Shown piece by piece: positions 1 to 10,725 of a DNA stretch of 64,000 bases. The translations under genes were made by a program, and so were the position numbers. The stretch spans positions 151,342,001-151,406,000 of the forward strand of contig NC_135880.1 in the NCBI RefSeq assembly GCF_964194155.1, read 5' to 3'. Below the pieces are notes generated by a model. That model was given only the letters and a program-made list of their open reading frames with translations, was not told where the DNA came from and made no database searches. This DNA is from Cetorhinus maximus (lineage: Eukaryota). The number at the start of each line of letters is the position of its first letter. Positions within the stretch are counted from its first letter, which is position 1.

Positions 1-2990
1 GGTTCTGATGACTCCTACTTGAAGCAGCATCTTGTATCATTTGCTAATGATGGAGTGAGTGTTATGCTGGGCACCAAATCAAGTGTAACTAACAGACATA
101 TGGAGCAATACCCAGATATTATTATTTGGCATTGTCTGAACCATAGATTAGAACTTGCAGTGGACGATTCAGTGACAGAAGTTAGTGGAGTGAATCACTT
201 CCATTCATCGGAGGACAAATTATACTCTGTATAACAGATCACTCCTCAATCAGAGGCAACTGGCAGAATGCGCTGCGGAATTAGAACAACAAATTTCCAA
301 AATAGGCCACATTTTAAGCAACAGATGGGTAGCAAGTTCATTTCGAACAATGTCAGCTGTGTGGTGCAACCATGATGCGTTATGTGCTCACTTTGAACTA
401 ACAATGAAAGAGGAAACAAGGTCTGCGTCTGGCAGGAAAACCTATGAGGATTAGTTGAAACAGTTTCTCTTAGACATAGCCATGATGTATGACACATTAA
501 ATGAACTTGGCCTGCTCTCAGAGTGTTTGCAGAAATGAACTACGATTGTGTATGCAGACAAACTGCTCCTTCGTAGCATACACTTTTTGTGTGGACTAAA
601 AGAGCGACTTTGCACAAACATCTCGAGGTCAAGGTTGCAGTCGCACAGGGAAAGTTTGGAGCAGTTTCATTAGGGAGCAACAGTGAGATTATCAGCATTA
701 ATGATCAGCAGTTTCTTACCAGCCTCGTTAATAATTTAGAAAATCGAATGTTCACAACCATGTCATTGAAAGGCTCTTGTTCAGCCTCTGCAGCCCAATC
801 CAGTTATGCATCTCTGATCGACCAATTACGCGTACTTGACAAAGACTATTGGCCAGCTGAAATGCCACCAGGTTATGGGAGAATCGGTAATATCTTCTCT
901 CTGCAAGTGGTTTAAATTTGTCATCTAACTCTGTAATCAATACATTCAGGGATTTTGTGGAGGAAGCTGGACAACACATTCCTAGGACTTACGATCATTA
1001 CTAAATTGTACACATGTAATTCCAAGCAGCACTGCAGAATGTAAGCGAAGAATCAGTCAAATTAACTTAATTATAACACCAACATGCTCAAGAATTCTCA
1101 TAAGCCGGGTATCAATACCTATGTTTGTCAGGCTACACGGACCCCCCCATCCTGACGCATTGGGATCAAACACCATATGTCACAACCTGGCTGTGATGCC
1201 ACCAATCTGCAGAGGACTCGAGGACAAGATCAGCCTCTTCTTCTGGTAGGAATGTGGAACTGGATCTGTTATGGAAATTATTGTGAAGCATTGGTTACAG
1301 AAATTCAAGCAGCGTCATGGTATCGAGTTTTTGAAAGTTTGTGGTGATAAAGTCCCTGCAGGCCATGACAATCTATTGATGAGCTTACTATGCTAATTAC
1401 AGATGAAAACCTCTTGTCTGAACAAATTTACAATGCTGACAAAACGAGTCTGCTCTGGCGGTATGCCTCTATGGAAACGCTAGCAATGACTGAGGAGTGC
1501 GCGCCACAGGTGGTTAAGGATGCTAAGGATAGGTTGACTGTCCTTTGTTGTGCCACTGCGACTGGCACACACACAAATGTAAATTGGCTGTAATCAGGAA
1601 CAGCAAATGTCCTAGGGGCTTCAAGGGTGCTCAGACATTACCTGTTCACCATTACGCCAATTAGAGAGCCTGGGTAACCAGGAACATGTTTCCTGATTGG
1701 TTCCACAACCACTTTGTACCAGAGGCATGTGCGCATTGTCAGGTAACTGGACTTGAAGAACACTGTAAAAGAATGTTGTTCCTGGACAGTTGTTCAACAC
1801 ATCCCCCTGCTGAACTCTTGATGAAGAAGTGTTTTGGCTGTTTACTTCCCCGCTTGTTTAATTCAGCCGCTGGACCAAGGCAATTTTCGGTCCATGAAAT
1901 CTAAATATGAAGACTCCTTCTTGAATAGAATATTTGGTGCTGTGAGCAGAGGCTGGGGTTGGAAGGCTTCCAAAAGCAGTTTACAGTTAACGATGCCATC
2001 TACGTCCTTGACCAAGGGCTGGCACAACTTTAACCCGCAACAATATTCATTGAAGATGATAATATCGAAGGAGGCTTTGAAGGTTTTCATGTGAACAAGG
2101 GAAAAAAAAATGACAAACCAGCTCCTTGAGTGTGCAAAAGGTATATCAATGCAACGTGTGAATACCCGGAGGCCGAGGATATCAAAGAAGAACACTGATA
2201 ACAATGCATCGTGCATTCTTTGACTGACAGGGAGATTTCAGAAAAGGTGTTATATCAAGATTAACTTGACAAAAACAGTGATGATGAGGATGACATAGTG
2301 AATCCGGTAGAGAAAGTGCCCAGAGACGATATTATTAAGATGTGTGACGGGTTGATGGATGCACTCGAACAACATGCATTGAGCAAGAAATAATGTCAAT
2401 CTATAAAATAAAAGACAAACTTATGAAACAAAAACCAACGTTGATGAGACAGATGAAGTTGGAAGAATTATTTAAGAATGCCTCCCAGCAGTATACATCG
2501 ACACTCTGAACTATGGCAGGGTTGCAGATGATGGCATGGGTGGGAACTTATTACAGGTACCCTGCATTTATTATTCAGTGATACATCTTAATTGTTTAGC
2601 CATTTTATTGACTTTAGACTATACAACAGCCTAAGCCTAGGCTAGCTAATGTAAGTAGGCCTAGTCCTATATGTGGTATCCAAAGGCCAAAACTATCTGA
2701 GATCCGAAACGCGAGGATTTTGGATAACAGATACTTCACCTGTAGAATGTTGCATAATGAAATTCTAGCTACGTTAAAGACTAATGATTGAAAATACCAT
2801 ACGGCTCAAAATAAAATGTCTACCGCCTCCCGACACTAATGTTTTTCACTAAAAAAGCATGGTTTTACTGGTCTTTGGGGATTCAAATGATTAATATATA
2901 CGAAAATAACATAATAGCAGATTTAGAAATGATATGGCCAATACATTTTCTTAGTGCTCCTGCACCTCAAAATTTGGCAGTACACCGCTG
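1..2990 (+). mobile_element. Decayed hAT DNA transposon (ZNF862/KIAA1586-like transposase), 3' part; interrupted by a Tigger element
   Basis: Broken frames give SFANDGVSVMLG and WHCLNHRLELAVDD (hAT core motifs), plus VIPSSTAECKRRISQINLI..MFVRLHGPP near 1015-1147 (hAT dimerisation domain). Coding ends ~1286. Putative right terminus ...TTTGGCAGTACACCGCTG at 2990. Many stops and frameshifts. Confidence 0.8.
1287..2742 (+). mobile_element. 5'-truncated Tigger/pogo (Jerky/TIGD-like) transposon relic
   Basis: Fragments WLQKFKQRHGI (CENP-B HTH), IYNADKTSLLW, KDRLTVLCC, LFLDSCSTHP and LIQPLDQG (DDE_1 motifs). Right TIR ...GGATAACAGATACTTCACCTG ends at 2742, followed by TA. Confidence 0.88.
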
Positions 2991-5320
2991 ATCCTGGGTA
3001 TAAATCTTCCCCCAGTCCAAGAAACAACCATTCACCACTCCCTCTGCTTCCAGTCACACAGCTACTTTTATATTCGTGTAGTTACTGTCCCTTTCAGTCC
3101 ATGGCTTTTAATTTTGCTGACAGGCCTTTTATGTGTCACTTTATCAAATGCCTATTAGAAATCCATGTACATCAAAACAATTCTCTCTGTTGCCTCAACA
3201 AAAAACTCAATCAAGTTAGCGAAACACAATTTGAATTTAACAAATGCATGCTGGCTTTCCTTAATTGAACCACATTTGCTCAGGTGACTTAATTTTGTCC
3301 CAGCTTATCATTTTTAAAAGCTTTCTCACCACCTGGGTTAAACTGTAATTGCTGGGCTTATCTCCACGCCCTTTTTTGAAATAGGGTGTACTATTTGCAA
3401 CTCTCCAGTCCTCTGGCACCATCTCTGTATCTAAGGAGAATTGGAAGATTATGGCTAATGCCTCTGCAATTTCCACCTTTACTTCTCTTCACTATCCTAA
3501 GATGCATCTCATCCAGTTCTGGGGATGTATCAACTTTAAGTAGCGTCAATACTTACTTTTTATTAATCTTTAGCCCATCCAGTGTTCAGCTACCTTCTGT
3601 TTCATTACAACTTGGGCAGCATCTTCAACCTTGATAACGACAGGTGTCAAGTATTTATTTAGCACCTCTGTCTCTAGGTATAAATCTCCTCTTTGGTCCT
3701 TAAATCAGTCCCACCCCTCCTTTTACCACCCTTTTAATATTTATATGCCTGAAGACTTTTTAAATTTCCTTTTATGTTAGCTGCCAGTTTATTTTCGTAC
3801 TCCCTCTTTGCTTCTCACTTCCTCTCTGAAGTTTCTCTATTTAGTCTGGTTCTCACTTGTCTGTCACATGCAGTTTTCCTTTTGCTTCCTCTTACTCTCT
3901 ATCACTGTCATCACCCAGGAACTCTGGGCTTTGTTTGTTTTGCCATTCCACCTTTTGGGAATATACCTCAGCTATACCCAAACAATCTCCTTTTTAAAGG
4001 GAGCCCATTGCTCAAATATAGTTTTGCCAGCCAATCTTTGATACCAATTTACCCGATTCAGCTCTGTTCTCAACCACTGACTAGGTCCTCCCCTAGTGAA
4101 ATATTTTTTACTTTACGTTGCTCCTTGACTTTTTCTCACAAGGTTGCTGATTTACACTTGAATCACTTAATTCTCCAGAATCAGATCCAGCAATGTCTCA
4201 TTCCTTATCAGGCCAGAAATACACTGCTCTAGAAATTTTTTCCTGAGTACACTTCAGAAACTCTTCCCCCTCTCCATACTATTACTATCCCAGACTATAT
4301 TAGGATAACGAGTGCCCAATTATTTAATTTCCATGCAAATTTATTAATCTATATCTTTACCATTAATTGGTGGCCTATAGAATACAGCCAGTATGTAATG
4401 GTACTTCTGTTGTTTCTTAGCTATAACCAAATAGATTCAGTCTTGGACTCCTCTAGCGCATCTTCTCTCTCTCCAGCACTGTAACATTATCCTAAATCAA
4501 TATTGCCAATACTCTTCCTTTCCTTCCTTCCCTATCTTTTCTAAACACCTTCTATCCAGCAGTATTTAGTACCTAATGCTGCCCCTTTTGAGCCAGGTTT
4601 CTGTTATCACAATGACATCACATTCCCACACGACTATCTGTGATCACCAACCTTATTTCTCATGCTCCATGCATTCACATACATGCATAGTAACCCCAAT
4701 TTTGACCTTTTGACATTCCTTTTTGCCTGACCCCACCTAACATCTTAGTATTTCTTTAGTGCTCTCTCTTTCAATTCTTTGCGCACTTTGTTTTTCCTCT
4801 CTAATGTTCCATCGTGGTTCCCATTCCCTTGCCAAATTAATGTAAATGACCCTGAATAGCAGTGACAAACCACCACTCAAGGATATTGGTCCTGTTTCTA
4901 TTCAGGTGGAACCCCTGTGGCCTATGCAGGTCCCATCTCCCCAAAACATTGTTTCAATGTCTGATGAATCTAAAGTCTTTCCTTCTGCACAATCTCTCCA
5001 GCCACTTATTCACCTGTTCTATCCTATATCTATACTCAGTAGCATGTGGCACTGTGAGTAATTGAGAAATTACTGACTTTGAGGTCCTTCTTGCTAATTT
5101 CTTTCTTCGCTTCCTAAAATCTGTCTGCAGGAATGTATTCCCCTTTCTACCCATGTTGTTGGTACCGATATGGATCACAGCCTCTGGCTGTTCATCCTTC
5201 CACCTCAGAGTGCTCTGTAGCTGCTGAGTGACATCCTTGACCCTTGCACTGGGGGGGGGGGTCAATATGTCATTCTGGAATCATGTCTGCAGCCATGACT
5301 TCTGTTCCCCCAACTATCAA
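2991..5320 (-). mobile_element. Decayed CR1 LINE (ORF1 SGNH esterase + partial ORF2)
   Basis: 4954-5265(-): SARVKDV...AVIHIGTNN (CR1 ORF1 esterase). 3261-3476(-): VPEDWRVAN.TPYFKKG (CR1 RT N-terminal region). Confidence 0.85.
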
Positions 5321-5631
5321 ATCTCGGATTGCTTTTGCTTCCCCAGTCATCAGGAGAATGAGGATGAGGCCCTCCAGAACTGAATATTGATTGAAAAATG
5401 AGAAGGGGTTGGGGGATTCCTGCACTGCTGGGTTGGCCTTCCTTAAATTCCTAGGTTAGAGATGATTTATTTTATATCTTTATTATTTTGTTCAGTAAGA
5501 ACTGTAAGGGTAAGGACATTTTTCTCCTCCTGCGGCGTCCATACATATTGACACTAGACACTTGGAACAGAAACTATGGATTGTTTGCCTCATTCTAGCT
5601 CAGGGCTAGTGCTCCTACAACAAATAAGATC

Positions 5632-5785
5632 AGGTCCTAACAGCACTGTGGGTGTACCTGCACCAGATGGACTGCAGCGATTCATGAAGATGGCTTACCA
5701 TCACCTTCTCAAAGGCAAATAGGGATGGGCAACAAATGCTGGCCTTGCCAGTGGCACCCACATCCCATGAAAGAATAAAAAAATC
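5632..5785 (+). mobile_element. 3' tail fragment of the APE-RT LINE family seen at 10726
   Basis: CCTAACAGCACTGTGGGTGTACC...CCCACATCCCATGAAAGAATAAAAAAA; same tail at 14660-14780 and 50290-50440. Confidence 0.75.
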
Positions 5786-6324
5786 ATATTGGCTCAGTTT
5801 CAAAATTGGGTATGACATCTACCAAGTGGGTGATTACAAGTGACTCATTAATTCTCCTTGTTCATTTCTATCTATCTGTAAAAATATCATTGGAGATGTC
5901 ATTGCCAGCGGAGGCTATGTTCCTTAAAATTATTTTAAGCTGCGACATGTTACTATTTTGAGTTTTCTAAAGTCTAAAGGCAATCAAGCAGTTAAAATCA
6001 TTATGGACTCAAAGAATGCAAGAAAGTTTTAGGTCTTCATCTACAGCTTCGCTGTTCTGATGGGGCAAGCTAAAACTGGGGCTACCTACTGAGAAAGCAG
6101 GAGCTAAAAATGGAAGTCAATTTGTGTCGATGTACAATTTCCGGGGGTGGTTGATTATAGAAGAGGATTTCGAGGGTGGTAATGAAAAATGATTCACTAG
6201 TACATTTTCAAGGCGTCAGACAGATCTTTGAAAAACAAGGTGATTACACCACCTGGAAAGTAAGATGAATGATTCCAAAACATAACTAATGGTTTTGGGG
6301 CCTCTGTAGCTTTGCCAGTTGATC

Positions 6325-6490
6325 AATAGGAACATAGGAGGAGGAGTAGGCCATTCAGCCCCTTGAACCTGCTCCACCATTCAACTAGATTATGGCTGAT
6401 CATCAACCTCATCGTCACTTTCCCACACTATCCCCATATCCCTTGATATCATTAGTATCTAGAAATTTATCAATCTCTGTCTTGAACACC
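6325..6490 (-). mobile_element. CR1 3' tail fragment
   Basis: GGAGTAGGCCATTCAGCCCC..GCTCCACCATTCAA..ATGGCTGATC is the reverse complement of the CR1 tails at ~9000-9070 and ~34670-34745. Confidence 0.7.
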
Positions 6491-7119
6491 AAACCGTGCC
6501 AATTGAATTTCAGGAGTAAATGTAATGAACTGATCTTCAAAAGTAAAGACACATATACACACACTTATACAATGGGGATGTCAAAATCAAATCTTAGAAA
6601 GCTGTAACTCCTAGTAATGGAATGAAACAAAAGGACTTTTCAGTTGCTGTAAAACCAGTTTAGGGATGATTGAAACACACACGCATTCATACGAGCTGAA
6701 AAGACACTTGGAACATTACTCGTCATTACTTCCCTGCTAACTTTAGTTTCAATTTTTTCAAGACAACAATTAACACCTTTTTTTATACGGATAAAGTTGT
6801 TTGTGGGCTAGATTAACCGCACAGTAAATTTTGATTTAATGGTCAGCATTACAATTTTTATTTTTACATAGTATTTCAGAATATGAGAAGACCGATTAGA
6901 TTAGTTAACAATTGCACCCTTTTATGGAAAAAAAATCAGAATTGTGTAGCGCTGAGTGCACAGTGTAGCAACCCCACTTGTTAAAATAAAATTCTTTGCA
7001 AAGTTGCATTGCCCACTAAATGAGGCAAGACTGCTCAGTTCTGAAATTTCACTAACTATCAGAGTTATGGTGCAATCCAATGGATGAACAGATCAATTGG
7101 GCCAGGTTTTAAAAAAACA

Positions 7120-9075
7120 GGTGTATATTATTCACCAGCAAAGATGGGTAGCAGGTCAGAAGATTGGAAAGAATATGAAGAACAGCATAGAATGACAAAA
7201 AGATTAATAAGGGGGGAAGGAAATTAGCATACGAGAGAAAGCTAGTAATATAAAGACAGATAGTAAGAGTTTCTATAGATATTTAAATAAGAAAAGAGTT
7301 AACAAAGTGAGCATTGGTCCTATAGAGAGTGCATTTGGAGAATTGATAATGGAAAGTAGGGAGATGGCTGATGAATTAAACAGGTATTTTGCTTCAGTCT
7401 TCACTATAGAGGACGCAAGTAACATCTCAGAAATAGCTGTAAACCAGGAAATGGAAAAGAGGGTTAACACAGGAAAATTACAATCACCAGGGAAGTGGTA
7501 TTGAGCAAATTGTTGGGGGTACGGGCTGGCAAATCCCCAGGTCTGGATGGACTTCACCCTATAGTCTTGAAAGAAGAGGCTAGTGAGATAGTTGATGTAT
7601 TGGTTTTAATTTTCCAAATTCGCTAGATTCATGGAAGGTTCCATTAGATTGGAAAATAGCAAATATGACTCCTTTATTCCAAATGGGAGGGGGACAGAAA
7701 GCAGGAAACTACAAGCTAGTTAGCCTAACATCTGTCATAGGGAAAATGTTAGAAGCTATTATCAAAGATGTTATAGGAGAGCACTTAGAAAAATTCAAAG
7801 CAATCAGGCAGAGTCAACATGGTTTTGTAAAAGAGAAATCATGTTTAACCAATTTATTGGAGTTCTTTAAAGGAGTCACATGTGCTGTAGATAAAGGGGA
7901 ACCAGTGGATGGATGATATCAAATTCCTTCTGGAAATCTAAGTAAAGTGCCACATCAAAATTTATTGCAGAAAATAAAAGCTCATGGTGTAGGGAGTACA
8001 TATTGGATAGAAGATTAATTAGCTAACAGGAAGCAGAGGGTTGGCATAAATGGGTCCTTTTTTGGTTGGCAGGATGTGGTGTGCCACAGGGATCAGTCCT
8101 GGGACCTCAACTTTTACAATTTATATAAATGACTTGGATGAAGGGAATGAAGGGATGTTGCTAAATTTGCTGATGACAAAAAGGCAGGTAGGAAAGTAAA
8201 TTGTGAAGAGGATGTAAGGAGGCTACAAAGTGACATAGATTCAGTGAGTGGACAAGGATCTGGCAAATGGAGTATAATGTGGGCAAATGTGAAATTGTTC
8301 AGTATGACAGGAAGAATAAAAATGAAGCTTATTACCTGAATGGTGAGAGATTGCAGAGCTCTGAGATTCAGAGGGGTCTGGGTGTCACAGTGCATGAATC
8401 ACAAAAGATTAGTATGCAGGTGCAGCAGGTAATTGGGAAAGCTAATAGAATGTTATCTTTTGTTGTGAGGGGAATTGATCACAAAAGTAGGGAGGTTATG
8501 CTTCAGTTGTCCAGGGCATTGGTGAGACCACTTCTGGAGTATTGTGTACAGTGCTGGTCTCCTTATTTAAAGAAAGATGTAAATGCATTAGAAGCAGTTC
8601 AGAGAAAGTTCACTAGACTAATATCAGGATTGGGCAGGTCTTACGAGGAAAGGCTGGACAGGTTAGGCTTGTATCCAGTTGAATTTAGAAGAGTAAGATG
8701 CGACTTAATTGAAACCTTTAAGATACTGAGGAGTCTTGACAGGGTGGATGTGGAGGGGATGTTTCCTCTTGTGGCAGAATCTAGAACTAGGGGTCACTGT
8801 TTAAAAATAATTTAAGACAGAGTAAGGAGAAAATTTTTTCTCTCAGAGGCTTGAGTGTCTTTGGAGCTCTCTTCCCCAAAAAGCAGTGGAAGCAGAGTCT
8901 TTGAATATTTTTAAGGCAGAGCTAGATAGATTCTTGATTAACAAGGGGGCAAAAGGTTATTGGGGACAGGCAGGAATGTGGGGCTGAGGTTACAATCATA
9001 TCAGCCTTGATCTTACTGAGTAGGCTCAAGGGGCCAAGTTGCCTACTCCTGCTCCTAATTCATATGTTCATATGT
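7120..9075 (+). mobile_element. 5'-truncated CR1 LINE (ORF2 RT + 3' tail)
   Basis: RT fragments SQHGFVKEKSCLTNLLEFF, GVPQGSVLG, KFADD and LVRPLLEYCVQCWSP; tail ends in CATATGTT-type repeats. Confidence 0.92.
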
Positions 9076-9354
9076 TTGTAGATGTGTACTTGAAGTACAG
9101 TCCTCCCTCCTTTGTATTTTTAAATACTTCTAGTTTGATGAAAAATGGCAACAGAGTTTAGCACAATTCACAAAATGCATGTACCTGAATCTTAAGTGCC
9201 ATTGCACTATGTGATGTAAAGTTCTGCAGCATATTTGATTGTATGTCCCAAGGTCTCTACACAAATCTACATAACGATTAGTGGTAACATTTTGGAGAAA
9301 AACAAGGAAGAATGTTCAAATGGAGAAGGTACCCAAGCACAATAGCATACTTAC

Positions 9355-9464
9355 TGTATGGAACACATTCATACTGAACTTCCAGATACTTGTAGGTTCC
9401 TGGGCACGGATCTGGAAACACATCTGGTCCAGCTACAACTGAGCATTGGGTACGATTATTACAC
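9355..9464 (-). CDS. ADGRL3: Internal coding exon of adhesion GPCR latrophilin-3 (galactose/rhamnose-binding lectin domain, C-terminal half)
   Basis: 110-nt exon with acceptor CTTCTTTTCCAG| and donor |GTAAGT, encoding (R)[36 protein letters not shown]. The VVAGPDVF and YECVPY residues fit ADGRL3 better than ADGRL1 (AGSDAF, YDC) or ADGRL2 (TGSDVF), from my recollection of the paralogs. Confidence 0.93.
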
Positions 9465-10342
9465 CTGGAAAAGAAGATAGAAAGCACTCATTATTGTCGA
9501 TCTGGTCAAAGAATTCCTGGATTGCAGCACTTTCTTCAATTCCAAGCCCCAGTCACAAATACATGAAGCAAAAGGAGTACCCTGCATCCATGAGAGAAAA
9601 TAATTGTAAGCTGCATAAAAATACTGTTGTTACATATTTGAAGGCAGCTTTGGAAAGGTAATGGGCAATCACAAATGCATTTCAAAAACGTTCATGTCCA
9701 GCATCTAAGTGAATTTGAGACTGGTGCCACTAAGAAGCAGCATCTGTCCAGAAGGGGCTGGATACATCTCCTCAATCCACCCATAATCTTCTGTATTTTA
9801 TAAATAACTCTACCAGTGTGTTAGTCTTCTTCAAAGGTATATTGTTTCACAGCAAATTATGGAGGTGAGCAAAAAGGTTATCATTAAAGAGGAGTTTTAT
9901 TTTCAGAATATCTTTTAATATTAGTCAGAAAGGGCTCTGCTACCATGAACCTGATTCAAAAGAGACAACAGAATTAGAGCTTGGATTTCTGTTGACATCA
10001 CAATAACATCACTGGAAAACTGAGACCAGCAAAGTGGTTTAAGGGTCCACTTATATTGTAATTTTATCATGACTATAATGCAATTTCCACTTCTCCGCTA
10101 CCCAAATATTGAAGTGCAGATCTAGATTCAAAGCTCAGTGTGACTCTGAAGTGAGATGAGATAGTTCAACACCACCTGAGATTTGAAACCACTTGGGGTC
10201 CAGCTTCATTAGAGGGCACTGGAGAAAAATCATTGGTGTTTGAACAAGTTACAAGAACACAGGCACATCCTCCTGTACTTTCTCAATGGTTACATCTTAG
10301 CTGATGGACAAAGAAATAGGCAAATACTCTGAATTCTAGTAC

Positions 10343-10660
10343 CAAAACAAAATACTAAGGAATATTGGAAATCTGAAACAAAAACAAAATCAGTAGGTCT
10401 GGCAGCATTTAGGGAGAGAGAAACAAAGTTAAAATTTCAAATCAAGGGCCTTTCATCAGAACTGGGAAAAGTTAGAAATGTAATAGGTTTTACATGTGTG
10501 AAAGGGGGAAGGGTGGAAAAAGAACAAAATGGAAACTCTGCGATTCAGTGGAAGACAGGAGCAATTAAATGACAAAACTGTTGAAGGTGCATGGCCAAAG
10601 GGAGTGGGTAAAGGAACGATTAAACAAAAAGATGTGTTTAGAGGAGATGAGGAGATGTGA
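10343..10660 (-). mobile_element. Penelope-like element 3'/pLTR fragment (family A)
   Basis: Same terminal module as 23947-24100 and 40090-40225; carries a degenerate CTGATGA...GAAA hammerhead motif at ~10427-10463(-). Confidence 0.7.
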
Positions 10661-10725
10661 ATTAAATGTTTGAACTGTCAACAAAAGTCTTTGTGGATAT
10701 GAAAATTATGGCTCCAGCCAAGGGA

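Noticed and set aside
1-2510. Domesticated transposase genes (ZNF862/KIAA1586, JRKL/TIGD)
   Set aside because: Multiple stops and frameshifts plus retained TIR-like ends indicate dead transposons.
3386-4232. Hydrophobic plus-strand ORFs resembling membrane proteins (also 22007-23349)
   Set aside because: Antisense frames of A-rich CR1 ORF2.
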